Positions 46,668 through 56,489 of a DNA stretch of 64,000 nt are shown here, one piece after another. Source of the stretch: a virus. Each line of letters starts with the position of its first letter. Within the stretch, counting starts at the first letter, position 1. The notes below the pieces were generated by a model, which saw only the letters and a list, made by a program, of their open reading frames with translations, did no database searches and was not told where the DNA came from. Where the stretch lies: IMG/VR virus record IMGVR_UViG_3300022916_000005; one strand, written 5' to 3'. Made by a program: the position numbers and the translations under genes.

Positions 46668-46675
46668 TCTAATTA
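46668..46675 (+). promoter_or_regulatory. Putative late promoter TCTAATTA
   Basis: Recurring motif. Confidence 0.55.
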
Positions 46676-46711
46676 TAGTGTACAACATTTAATAATAGGG
46701 ATAATTATATC

Positions 46712-47050
46712 ATGAACAAGAAGAACCCTCCAATCATCGATCTCGGAATGGCAAAAAGAAACACAACAGATGATAAGCAATTGTTAAATGAGTGGCTTGA
46801 TGTTTTGGGAGCTTGGATAGAACATATCCTTGGAGGAATGTTTGGTAAATCTTCCTTATCAGGAACAGTCAAAGGAACGCAATCAGAAATTCAAGCTTTT
46901 TCTAATGCTCTGGCAGGGGAAAAGAGATATATGGAAGCATACAAAAGGTATGGCCTTGACAATCAGGCGACTTTGAATAACAAATATAAGCTTGAAGATG
47001 CAGTACGCAAATTTGAGCAAGAAACAAAATTAAAGTGGCCCTTTAAATAA
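46712..47050 (+). CDS. Hypothetical tail-module protein
   Basis: ORF between chaperone and tape measure. Confidence 0.6.
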   Translation: MNKKNPPIIDLGMAKRNTTDDKQLLNEWLDVLGAWIEHILGGMFGKSSLSGTVKGTQSEIQAFSNALAGEKRYMEAYKRYGLDNQATLNNKYKLEDAVRKFEQETKLKWPFK

Positions 47051-47065
47051 GGAAACTGTAAGACA

Positions 47066-49273
47066 ATGGCGGATAAGAACTACTCTGAAGAGATTGCAGC
47101 AACAAGAGAAATAATCAAACTCGGGAAAGAGAGAACCAAGGTCATGGAAGATATGGTTAGGGTTAGACTGCAAGCTGAAGTTTTGAATAAAGAAATTCTT
47201 GATGCCCAATCTGGAGAAATTGAATTAACAGAGGAAGAGATTGGTTTAAAGCAGGATTTATTAGACATTGCTCTTGAAAACATCGAAACACAAAAAACCT
47301 CAGTTAAAGCGCAAGAGTCGGCAATCCAAGTTCAAAAAGAAAGAATAAAACTACTAAGATTAGAAGTAGAAGTAGACAAAGAAAAGGAAGAACAATCAAA
47401 AAAGACAGAACAAGCTTTAGGAGGATTTGACAAAGTTTTAAAAAGCATCGCCTTAAGATACACATTGGTATCTTCAGATGCATTTAAGAATTCTCTTACT
47501 GGTCAGATCGTAGAAATGAAAAAGCTTGGATATACTTCTAAACACCTTTTGAAATCGATGGGTGAAATTTACACTGCCGGGAATATTGGAGCATCAATTT
47601 TAAGCAAAGTTAAAGTATCAACAGCGGGATTAGTAGCAGAACTGTTTTCTGCAAGAGAAAGATTCTTTGCAACAACTGGTGCGATGGAAGACTACACATC
47701 AGTAATGACAGAATCGTATTATGCGAACTTAGATGTTGGGATGTCGATGGGAGAAACTTCAGAAGCTTTTGCAAAACTATACACAGAGATGAGAACATTT
47801 ACAGAAGTAAGCGATGAAACGCAAATATCTCTTGTCAAAACTGTTGGAGCACTAACAAAATTGGGAGTATCGAATGCTCCGAAGATGTTGGATGATCTTG
47901 TCAAAGCTTTTTACATGACAGAAAGTGCAGCAGAATTGACAATTAGGCAAGTTGCAGGATTGGCAAAAGAACTTAATATCTCAATGGGGAAGATGACAAG
48001 CGACTTTGCATCAGCAATGAGTATGATGGCAGCACACGGGGATAAAGGACAAAAAGTATTTGAAGGATTGCAACGAATATTTAAAGCAACAGGAATTGAA
48101 ATGCAAAACTTGTTGGCAATTGTGGGGCAATTTGACACATTTAAAGGTGCTGCAGAAGTGGCAGGACAATTGAATGCAGTTTTGGGTGGACCTTTGTTGA
48201 ATGCAATCGATCTCGTTAATGCATCAGAAGAGAAGAGAATTTCAATGTTGAGACAGTCTCTTGATTTGACAAACAAATCGTGGGACTCGCTAGACAAGTA
48301 TAACAGATTGGCAATTATGAATGCTGCAGGAATTAAAGACATGACTGTTGCAAACAAATTATTTGGACAATCATTTAGCGAATATCGAAAGGCAGTTTCT
48401 GGGATGAAAGCTTTGGCAGTAACTCAAGAGCAATTGGCAGATGCAGCAAAGGATGCAACATCATTTTTACAAAAAGTAAAGTTGCTTGGATATCAACTTG
48501 CAGTACTTGTTGAGCCAATTGTATCACTTCTTTCCTGGATGGTCGATGGATTGTTGAACGTGTCAAAGGGCATGAAATGGTTTGGAGCAGTTTTGGCAGT
48601 TCTTGGCATTGTTTTAATGACGTTCGGAGCAAAAACAGCACTTGCGGCAGGAACAATCAAGCTTCTTGGATTGGCAGGGGCAACTGCAGCGCCTGGATTA
48701 ATTTCTCTTGGTGTGGCAGGAAAGATGGCATCTCCAGGAGTTGCGTTGTTTGGAGCATCTTTGGCAATTGTTGCATTTAGTGTAGGCTTGATTGTTGGAA
48801 GTATTGGATATCTAATTAACAGTTTTGCAAACCTATTCACAAGCATTGGCAATTTATCAGGGGCAAGCTTTTCAGGGGTTGTTGATGGAATCAAAGGAAT
48901 GGGCAGCGTTCTTGATGAATTACCTATGGATAAGTTGTATGCATTCGATTCTGCGTTAACCAATACAAGAGCAATTGGAGATTCAAGTACAAAGATTGTT
49001 GAAGTATTTGACAGTATGACGACAGTTATGCAAGAAGCAAAGAATGCAGAATCAATGAACAATTTGGCAAAAGCACTGAATGGTTTGACAAAGGCACTTG
49101 ATGGAGGTGGTAGTAATGACACAACATCGGGCTCATCTGGGAAGAATGACACAACATCGGGCTCATCTGGGAAGAAAGTTGTGTTGAAGATTGATGATCG
49201 AGTTCTCGGAGAGGTTATTGTTGAGAATGTAAAAGAATTGTTAAATGACACCAACTTGACATTGGCGAGATAA
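47066..49273 (+). CDS. Tape measure protein
   Basis: 735-aa Ala/Gly-rich helical protein with hydrophobic segments; gene position. Confidence 0.85.
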   Translation: MADKNYSEEIAATREIIKLGKERTKVMEDMVRVRLQAEVLNKEILDAQSGEIELTEEEIGLKQDLLDIALENIETQKTSVKAQESAIQVQKERIKLLRLEVEVDKEKEEQSKKTEQALGGFDKVLKSIALRYTLVSSDAFKNSLTGQIVEMKKLGYTSKHLLKSMGEIYTAGNIGASILSKVKVSTAGLVAELFSARERFFATTGAMEDYTSVMTESYYANLDVGMSMGETSEAFAKLYTEMRTFTEVSDETQISLVKTVGALTKLGVSNAPKMLDDLVKAFYMTESAAELTIRQVAGLAKELNISMGKMTSDFASAMSMMAAHGDKGQKVFEGLQRIFKATGIEMQNLLAIVGQFDTFKGAAEVAGQLNAVLGGPLLNAIDLVNASEEKRISMLRQSLDLTNKSWDSLDKYNRLAIMNAAGIKDMTVANKLFGQSFSEYRKAVSGMKALAVTQEQLADAAKDATSFLQKVKLLGYQLAVLVEPIVSLLSWMVDGLLNVSKGMKWFGAVLAVLGIVLMTFGAKTALAAGTIKLLGLAGATAAPGLISLGVAGKMASPGVALFGASLAIVAFSVGLIVGSIGYLINSFANLFTSIGNLSGASFSGVVDGIKGMGSVLDELPMDKLYAFDSALTNTRAIGDSSTKIVEVFDSMTTVMQEAKNAESMNNLAKALNGLTKALDGGGSNDTTSGSSGKNDTTSGSSGKKVVLKIDDRVLGEVIVENVKELLNDTNLTLAR
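49115..49174 (+). repeat. Perfect 30-bp tandem duplication in the tape measure gene
   Basis: AATGACACAACATCGGGCTCATCTGGGAAG x2 (NDTTSGSSGK). Confidence 0.95.
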
Positions 49274-49289
49274 AAATAGGATATAGAAA

Positions 49290-50066
49290 ATGGCATATAT
49301 AAACGGACCAAAACAAGTCGCAAATGCAAACAATGCTTATGTGTGGTTATATCACGTATCAACAGGAAGGCAAATTAAGTTTATGTCTTGGCTAACTCAA
49401 TACGAAGATAACTATGAATCAGATTGGAACCAAGAAGAAGTCTTTGGGAGAATGGATCCAATCCAGACATTTAAAGGAACAAAAAGAGTTTTATCATTGG
49501 GATGGGATGTTATTGCTGCAGATGTCAAAGAGGCAAAAGAAAATCTCAAATCTTGTGAGGCATTGTTTTCAATGCTATACCCAGTCTACGAAGGAAAGAA
49601 TGGTGGAGTAGGAAGAATGGTAGCTCCTCCTTTGTTTAAGATCAAATTTCTCAACCTGATCTGTGATTCAGACAAGCCATCTGCCAAAGATGCTCATCGC
49701 GGAGGATTATTAGGGACAGTTAAAGGATTTAAATATGATCCTGATGTTGAATCTGGATTCTTTATGACAAATGACAATGGCAACTCTGCCTTCCCTCAAA
49801 AGATTAACTTGAGCTTTACATTGACAGTTGCTCACACTCACAAATTGGGATGGGATTCGAAAGACGGTGCCAAAAGAGATAAGGGAAACTTTCCATATGG
49901 TTTGAATTCAAAAGATGTAGTATCATTGAAAGATAATTCTTCAATGATTGTTGACAACACTTTGCCAACGATTGAGGAGAATGTTGCAGAGGAGGCAATC
50001 TTCGAGAGTGCAGAGGAGGCAATTCTTGATGCTAACGGAAACGCTATGAGTTTAAATTTAAGTTAA
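49290..50066 (+). CDS. Baseplate/tail tube initiator protein
   Basis: W..EEVFGRMDPI.TF.GT.R; follows tape measure. Confidence 0.7.
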   Translation: MAYINGPKQVANANNAYVWLYHVSTGRQIKFMSWLTQYEDNYESDWNQEEVFGRMDPIQTFKGTKRVLSLGWDVIAADVKEAKENLKSCEALFSMLYPVYEGKNGGVGRMVAPPLFKIKFLNLICDSDKPSAKDAHRGGLLGTVKGFKYDPDVESGFFMTNDNGNSAFPQKINLSFTLTVAHTHKLGWDSKDGAKRDKGNFPYGLNSKDVVSLKDNSSMIVDNTLPTIEENVAEEAIFESAEEAILDANGNAMSLNLS

Positions 50067-50082
50067 CAATACGAGGTACAAC

Positions 50083-50427
50083 ATGACAAGAACAAGATAC
50101 GATAACAGACAAAAGATGAGGAACAATGCAGAACAGTATCGTTCTTATTTCGATAAAAGAAATGTAAAACATATCAACCAATATAACACACCAGAATTGT
50201 CATATCCATCAAGAGAACAGTTGAGAGACATAACAACAGTTCAGCACATATGGACATCTGGCGATAGTTATTGGAAATTGGCAGCAGAACACTATGGAGA
50301 TCCCAAGGTGTGGTGGGTTATTGCATTTTACAATCAAAAACCAACAGAGTTCCACGTTCAATTAGGAGAGCAGATAAACATTCCTTATCCTCTAGATAGG
50401 ATAATAACATTACTTACGATAGGATAA
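50083..50427 (+). CDS. LysM-type baseplate wedge protein (gp53-like)
   Basis: GDSYWKLAAEHYGDPKVWWVIAFYN...GEQINIP. Confidence 0.85.
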   Translation: MTRTRYDNRQKMRNNAEQYRSYFDKRNVKHINQYNTPELSYPSREQLRDITTVQHIWTSGDSYWKLAAEHYGDPKVWWVIAFYNQKPTEFHVQLGEQINIPYPLDRIITLLTIG

Positions 50428-50431
50428 CGAG

Positions 50432-52948
50432 ATGGGAACACCAAAGAAATTAGAGAAGAAAAGACTACAACCTCAATGCGTGTTAATGAATGCACCAGAG
50501 ATCTTCCAAGATAGAAGTGATTTCAACAGAGAAGCTTGGGGAACTTATGAAGGAAAGACTGAAGACGAGCAAAAAGCAGCAATTGTAAAGGGGAAATTTA
50601 ACAACCTCTCAGTTTTAACAGGGAATATTCAACTTCTCATTAATGAAATGGTATCAAAGAAGAATATGAATTCTGTTATTAACGAGATTACCCCAGCACA
50701 GATGGCATCTTTAGTTCCAAAGATTCGTCTTTATGTAGTCAAACACAATTCTACTGGCAAGACCGTTCCTTTTGAAGTAGCCTTTCCTGATCATGTAGAC
50801 CCCTATTCTGTTGATAAGATTCTTCAAGACAGAAAGGGAAGAGTAGAAGGATCAGGTATTAAAGATATTAGTTTTGATTTCTATGGAACTAACATGGCAG
50901 AGACAAACAAGATGATTAAATGCAAGATTAAATATTATTTTGCATCAATGCAAGATGTCTTTGAAGTAAGAAAGATGAAAGAAGACTTGGAGCATAGTTT
51001 TGCAGATCTGATTATGTATGGTACACAAACTGTTGCGACAAAGAACGCTCTCTTAACACAGTCTGGGACATTCCATCACAGGGTTAGATTGGTTGTTGGA
51101 TGGAACTTGCCAACAGGACCAATTTTAAAAGAACTGTTTGACGATAGCCCAAAGCTTAAAGAAACATTAAAAAAGTTGAATATGGAAATGTTCCTTGGAC
51201 TAATCAGTCACAACATTGTATACAAAGAAGATGGAACGGTAGAAATTGATGCAGAGTATCAGGCAGCGATTGAAGGAGCTTTGGTAAGTCAAGATGCTGA
51301 CGTTCTAAATCTATCAGATGTTGCAATTATGGAAGCACATAAAGATTTCGAAGAGCTTTTTGACATTTTCGAAGCGGCAAAAGAATTGCAAAAACACCTA
51401 CAACAACAAAAGATAAAGATTGAGAATGTAGTCTTTTCTGGAGAGTCTCTTTCATCTAAGCCATCCTACAACGATACTCCGAATACGACCTCTGTTAGTG
51501 TAAGAACTCATAAAGACATTGAAATCAGAAACTTTGCAAAATTAGTTGAAAGAATTCCCATTTCTTTTGGACTTTTGAGAAGGACGGGAAAAAATCTTTA
51601 TTTTAAATCTATTGATGAAATTTTATCAGCAATTCAAAACGAAATTGACAAGGAAAGAAAAAAATATAAAGGAGAGGTATATTCTGCATTTTTAAGAAGA
51701 TTGTATTCATCTAACAAGATTTACAAAGCAATTGTAAGTGATCCTGTTGTCCTCGATATCTATAAAAACAAAGATGACGACGATAAGGATGATGAACTAA
51801 AAAAGGTATTAAAAATTAATGATAATAATGTCGAGGTTAAGCAGATTGTAACAGGGAAAACGGGAAACGAAGCTCACTTTCTTCTTAATAACAAGATGAA
51901 GAATGAAGCAAAAAAAGTAGATGCCAGTAATGTCAAAGAATTTGTAAATAACAGAATGAAAGTTGGAAAAGATGCTGTTGAAATCCCGTTTGTTTATTTT
52001 GGAGACTTTCTTGATCTTTGCTTTAGTTCGTATAATCCAAAAGAAAAAAAGGTACGATTTTTCTTGGGAACGTTAAGTTATGAAAATCCAATTGACGGTA
52101 TTACTAAAAGTGTAAGTTTGGCATATTTGCCAATTAGCCTTGGACTACTTGAGACGTGGTTCTTTGAGTATGTTGTCGCAAGAGAAAAGCAAAAATACTA
52201 TTTGAAAACACTAATCAGAGATGTCGTTACAACAATGATTAAGCCAATATTGGGCTCTGAATGTGTGTCTGACAAGCCCAATGATAACCTTGTAACTGTA
52301 GGATTGGAGCACATTGTAGTTCCTGGACGTAAGCACTATGGAGGATGGGGGCAATATATCCCAACAGATACCAACGAAATTGACATTTCAATGATGAAAA
52401 TTGCAAAGTTTGATGAAGATGTCTCGGAGAGTAATGATGCAGAAGCCCTTGAACACAGATGGACATACATTGTTCTCTATGTTAACAGTATAGCCTCAGA
52501 TACTTTGTGGGGAAACGAGAAAGAAGATGAAGACAAAGGAATTCACCACTTCAGATTGGCACAAGATACTGGATTTTTAAAGAAGGTAACGTTCCAAAAA
52601 ACAACACAACAATATCTTCCAGAGGCCAGAGTGGAATCGGAAGGAACATTAGATGCTCACCAATTAAGGGACAAATATGATGCAGATGTTGTATTGTATG
52701 GTTTACCAATCTTTAGACCAGGACAATATATTTATGTAGATCCTACAGTATTGGGGGTTCCTTCTGAACATCTCGATACACTAGGGATTGGCGGATATTA
52801 CATGGTGATTGATGTTGCAAATAATCTATCAAGAGATAGATATGAAACTACACTAAAAGGAGTTTGGCAAACGGGTGCAGACTTGAAAAGATCCCGTATT
52901 CAAGCCCTAACTTCTGAGAATGGTGCTGAAGTGTTAGATAATCCCTAG
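50432..52948 (+). CDS. Baseplate hub protein (gp27-like)
   Basis: C-terminal YGLPIFRPGQYIYV...GGYYMV..V.N.....YET; gene position. Confidence 0.6.
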   Translation: MGTPKKLEKKRLQPQCVLMNAPEIFQDRSDFNREAWGTYEGKTEDEQKAAIVKGKFNNLSVLTGNIQLLINEMVSKKNMNSVINEITPAQMASLVPKIRLYVVKHNSTGKTVPFEVAFPDHVDPYSVDKILQDRKGRVEGSGIKDISFDFYGTNMAETNKMIKCKIKYYFASMQDVFEVRKMKEDLEHSFADLIMYGTQTVATKNALLTQSGTFHHRVRLVVGWNLPTGPILKELFDDSPKLKETLKKLNMEMFLGLISHNIVYKEDGTVEIDAEYQAAIEGALVSQDADVLNLSDVAIMEAHKDFEELFDIFEAAKELQKHLQQQKIKIENVVFSGESLSSKPSYNDTPNTTSVSVRTHKDIEIRNFAKLVERIPISFGLLRRTGKNLYFKSIDEILSAIQNEIDKERKKYKGEVYSAFLRRLYSSNKIYKAIVSDPVVLDIYKNKDDDDKDDELKKVLKINDNNVEVKQIVTGKTGNEAHFLLNNKMKNEAKKVDASNVKEFVNNRMKVGKDAVEIPFVYFGDFLDLCFSSYNPKEKKVRFFLGTLSYENPIDGITKSVSLAYLPISLGLLETWFFEYVVAREKQKYYLKTLIRDVVTTMIKPILGSECVSDKPNDNLVTVGLEHIVVPGRKHYGGWGQYIPTDTNEIDISMMKIAKFDEDVSESNDAEALEHRWTYIVLYVNSIASDTLWGNEKEDEDKGIHHFRLAQDTGFLKKVTFQKTTQQYLPEARVESEGTLDAHQLRDKYDADVVLYGLPIFRPGQYIYVDPTVLGVPSEHLDTLGIGGYYMVIDVANNLSRDRYETTLKGVWQTGADLKRSRIQALTSENGAEVLDNP

Positions 52949-53009
52949 CTAATGGAGGATACCCAGTTTCAGACCCAGGTCTGGACTAAGATGGGTTGCC
53001 AAAATAAAA

Positions 53010-54122
53010 ATGATTTTAACATCAAATACATTAAGAAAAAATAAGAAAGGCAAGATCGAATTACCAAAGGCAAGTAATGAACTTGTATCTTCAGATCTCT
53101 TTAAACAAAGAAAGTATTACAAAGACAACATACTTGTCAGAAATATCAGGACTATTGATCTTTGGGAAGAAAATAAATACTACGGTTTACTTGACAAGGA
53201 AGGGAATTCTATTAAATTAAAAGAGGAATATCTTGTCAACATAGATAAGATACAAGTATTAAATTTTGTTGCAGATGCTTTTAAAGAATTCCAATCCAGT
53301 ATGGAACGAGCATCAAATAACAAAACATTTGACAAGAAAAGTATCTTTACGAACATTACTCCAAAAGTAGGATGGATAGGCTTGGATGCAACATATGAAA
53401 ATTATTTCACAGGAGTCTTCAAGAAACCACTTTTCGATTCTGTAGATGATAAGAAGATTGTAACGTTTAACGACTATGTAAAGGAATTGTTGAAATCTTT
53501 TATGCTTAATGGTAAAATGCTTCCTATCACTCAATCTTTATTTTTGACATCAAACATGTTCTTTCAAAGAACAAATGGTCTCATTATCGAAATTGGAGAA
53601 GGGACATACGATGATGACAACGCGAAGTACAATAAATACATTAAAGACAATATGTTCAGCTTTTATAAGAACGAAGCGCAAAGGTTTGGATTTGCAGTTG
53701 ACAAGAATGTCCCTTGGAGATTGGTAGCACAATTAAATTCTCCAAAGATGCAAAGATATATGGACACATACGAGATTACCCTTGACAATATATTTGAAGT
53801 ATATTATAATATTGTATATCGAGATGAGTTAACAACACTTCAAAAAATGATTGAAGAATCGTATAAAGACTTCTTAAGAGAGAAGGGAGACTTCATCATT
53901 GAAGAGAGAACATGTTGTCAAAGACAAAGAGAAGTTGGAGTTGTATCAAGAAAGTACAATGACGACTATTGGTTTAACACCTATCTTGATATCAAATTCA
54001 TCGAAGCACAAAATGACTATTCCGATAAAGAAAAGAAAAAAATCAAATCAAAAGCACTCACTCTAAAGAAACACGTTGACATACAAAGATCCTTGTGGTA
54101 TATTAATACAGAGATTACATAA
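53010..54122 (+). CDS. Hypothetical protein
   Basis: Long ORF; FVADAF and GFAVDKNVPWRL. Confidence 0.6.
   Translation: MILTSNTLRKNKKGKIELPKASNELVSSDLFKQRKYYKDNILVRNIRTIDLWEENKYYGLLDKEGNSIKLKEEYLVNIDKIQVLNFVADAFKEFQSSMERASNNKTFDKKSIFTNITPKVGWIGLDATYENYFTGVFKKPLFDSVDDKKIVTFNDYVKELLKSFMLNGKMLPITQSLFLTSNMFFQRTNGLIIEIGEGTYDDDNAKYNKYIKDNMFSFYKNEAQRFGFAVDKNVPWRLVAQLNSPKMQRYMDTYEITLDNIFEVYYNIVYRDELTTLQKMIEESYKDFLREKGDFIIEERTCCQRQREVGVVSRKYNDDYWFNTYLDIKFIEAQNDYSDKEKKKIKSKALTLKKHVDIQRSLWYINTEIT
53782..53810 (+). promoter_or_regulatory. Intragenic sigma70-type promoter
   Basis: Perfect TTGACA-17 nt-TATAAT. Confidence 0.55.
54076..54104 (+). promoter_or_regulatory. Sigma70-type promoter
   Basis: TTGACA-17 nt-TATATT with extended TG, upstream of the polymerase. 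Confidence 0.7.
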
Positions 54123-54139
54123 TATCATAAGGAGAAGTT

Positions 54140-55312
54140 GTGTCCCTTTTTCAAGTATTAGATGACAAAAACTACAACTGTAAGCGTATCTGTGTTGAAG
54201 GAACATTCTACGAATTAGAAGAAGTAGATAAGCCAATTATTACAGATACATGGAATTATTACCCATATCTCGAAGACCTACCAATCGAATATGCACAATT
54301 ATATGCTGAAGGTAAAACACCATCACAAGTATGTCCAGAAGGGTTAAAAGAAGAATTCAAACAAATCAACAATAAATTGAAAGCATACTATAGATCTTTT
54401 GCCACTTCAAAGATCAACTTGGATAAGTATTGTTTCTATGATCTTGTGCCGGATAAAGTTGTAAGAGAATATGCAAGAATTAAAGATCTAATATGCAAAT
54501 ATGTATTCGATACCTACGATAAACCAGAAAATTACAATCATATGTTGAAGATTATAAAGATAATCACAGATATTAGGCCATTAAATATTGATAAGAGAAT
54601 GGCAAAGATGATTAATTATAACAAATGCCCATCAGGAGTGCTTTCTTATAATCCATTTACATCTAAAACTGGCAGATTGGGGATTAATAGTAAATCATTT
54701 CCAATTCTTAATATTAAGAAGGAAGATAGAGTTGTAATTGTTCCTCACAATGACATGTTCGTCAATCTTGATTATAATGCAGCAGAATTGCGCGTTTTGT
54801 TGGGTCTAAATGGTGAGAAGCAACCAAGCATTGATATTCACGAGCACAATAGGCAAATATTAAAGAAAGATAAGACAAGAACAGAAGTAAAGAAGATGAC
54901 ATTTGCTTGGTTATATGGAAGTGAAAGAGAAGAACACGTTGAAGTGCAAGATTTTGGGTTTGCATACGATAAAAAGAAAATCCTTGACAAATACTATCGC
55001 GATGGTATAGTATATACAGACTTTAGAAGAAAGATTAAGGCAGATGACCATCACGCTTTGAGCTATATCATTCAAAGCACAGCATCCGATATGTTTCTTG
55101 AGCAAGTATACGAGATTAGAAAGCTACTAAAAGGAAAGAAGAGTTTTGTGTCATTTATGGTACACGATAATGTAGCAATCGACCTACATAGAGAAGACAG
55201 ATCGCTTGTCCGAGAGATAAAGAGAATATTCGAAGATACGAGATATGGGAAGATACTATCAACCCTTGAGATGGGAAAAAACTTTGGAGAAATGGAGAAA
55301 ATAAATATATGA
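54140..55312 (+). CDS. Compact family A DNA polymerase domain
   Basis: TGRL; motif A LDYNAAELR; motif B R..VK...F..LYG; IQSTASD; motif C VHD. Confidence 0.85.
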   Translation: MSLFQVLDDKNYNCKRICVEGTFYELEEVDKPIITDTWNYYPYLEDLPIEYAQLYAEGKTPSQVCPEGLKEEFKQINNKLKAYYRSFATSKINLDKYCFYDLVPDKVVREYARIKDLICKYVFDTYDKPENYNHMLKIIKIITDIRPLNIDKRMAKMINYNKCPSGVLSYNPFTSKTGRLGINSKSFPILNIKKEDRVVIVPHNDMFVNLDYNAAELRVLLGLNGEKQPSIDIHEHNRQILKKDKTRTEVKKMTFAWLYGSEREEHVEVQDFGFAYDKKKILDKYYRDGIVYTDFRRKIKADDHHALSYIIQSTASDMFLEQVYEIRKLLKGKKSFVSFMVHDNVAIDLHREDRSLVREIKRIFEDTRYGKILSTLEMGKNFGEMEKINI

Positions 55313-56118
55313 AAATCATATCACTAGGGGAAAAGTCGATAGCGTTGGCAAAAAAATTATCACAATATCCAGAATATAATTTAAAAGAGATAATGGAAGT
55401 AGGAAATCAAACACCAGAAGAATATGAGACAAGTGCATCTGATTTCAATATGGGGGTATTGTGTAACGACAAGGATGAAGAATTGACATTCATCGTAACA
55501 GGAGGATCATACATTTCTGGAATGACCTTGGCATTGATGGAAAAGGTAAAGGAAAAGTCATTAAAGGTATTGTACATTAAGCCAAACATATTAAACATAA
55601 CAGATGAAGTTGCATTAAAACAAGATAGGGCGACATTCCATATTTTACAAGAGTTTGCTAGATCAGGATTAATAACAGATATGTCAATTATATCTGTAGG
55701 ACAGTTGGCACACATTTTAGGCAATATGCCCATTATTGGCTACACAAGTAAGATTAATGATGCGATAGCCTACCCTTACCATATGATCAACGTATACACC
55801 AACACAGCCCCTCTCATGGGCAATATGAGTCCTGTCTATAAGACGGCAAGGATGTCAACGTTTGGTACATTTGACATTGAAGAAAAGAAAGATCTGTTAT
55901 ATTTTCCTATTGACAATATCAGAGAAAAGAGATATTATTATGCTGTACCTGAGAGCATTTTAAAAGAAGATGGGGAGTTGCTATCAACTATCCAAGACAA
56001 CATGAAGGAGCAGTCAAATAATGGAAAGATCAAAACAACGTATGGTATATATTCCACAGATTATGAACGTAGTTATTGTTTCGTTCAAGCTTTCAGTTCT
56101 CACATTCAGCCTTATTAA
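55309..56118 (+). CDS. Divergent tubulin/FtsZ-like protein
   Basis: IISLG N-terminus; FIVTGGSYISG as a degenerate GGGTGSG loop; VLYIKP; INDAIA. Confidence 0.5.
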   Translation: MKIISLGEKSIALAKKLSQYPEYNLKEIMEVGNQTPEEYETSASDFNMGVLCNDKDEELTFIVTGGSYISGMTLALMEKVKEKSLKVLYIKPNILNITDEVALKQDRATFHILQEFARSGLITDMSIISVGQLAHILGNMPIIGYTSKINDAIAYPYHMINVYTNTAPLMGNMSPVYKTARMSTFGTFDIEEKKDLLYFPIDNIREKRYYYAVPESILKEDGELLSTIQDNMKEQSNNGKIKTTYGIYSTDYERSYCFVQAFSSHIQPY

Positions 56119-56164
56119 GGGACAGGTATTTCAAGGAGCGAGAACAAAAATTAAAAGAAAGGAC

Positions 56165-56193
56165 TTGACTATTTGGGGAACTTAGGGTATAAT
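56165..56193 (+). promoter_or_regulatory. Sigma70-type promoter
   Basis: TTGACT-17 nt-TATAAT. Confidence 0.8.
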
Positions 56194-56219
56194 GTATTAT
56201 AACAATCAAGGAGGCTGCT

Positions 56220-56489
56220 ATGAAGGCGTATCGTGGAACATTTAAGAAGAAGAATGGGGAAAATAGGGACATGTTCTTTGTTCGTCTTTCTGACATGCCA
56301 ACGTTGGTAATGGAAGGACTTGTCAAAGGGACTGGCAAGAAGCGAACATTAGGAGAAGGATTGGAATTGGTTTATGATCTTGATGCAGATGGTTTTCGTA
56401 TTTTCAATTGGAAGGCTGCAATTGGAGATGTCGAAGATTTGGAAATTAGTGAAAGTAGATTTAATTTGACAGAAGGAGAATCCAAGTAA
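56220..56489 (+). CDS. SH3/WYL-like (DUF2693-like) protein
   Basis: FKKKNGENRDM...VYDLDADGFRIF. Confidence 0.6.
   Translation: MKAYRGTFKKKNGENRDMFFVRLSDMPTLVMEGLVKGTGKKRTLGEGLELVYDLDADGFRIFNWKAAIGDVEDLEISESRFNLTEGESK

Noticed and set aside
48493-49362. 289-aa minus-strand ORF, and the other minus-strand ORFs
   Set aside because: Antisense shadows of well-supported + strand genes; no RBS or recognisable motifs
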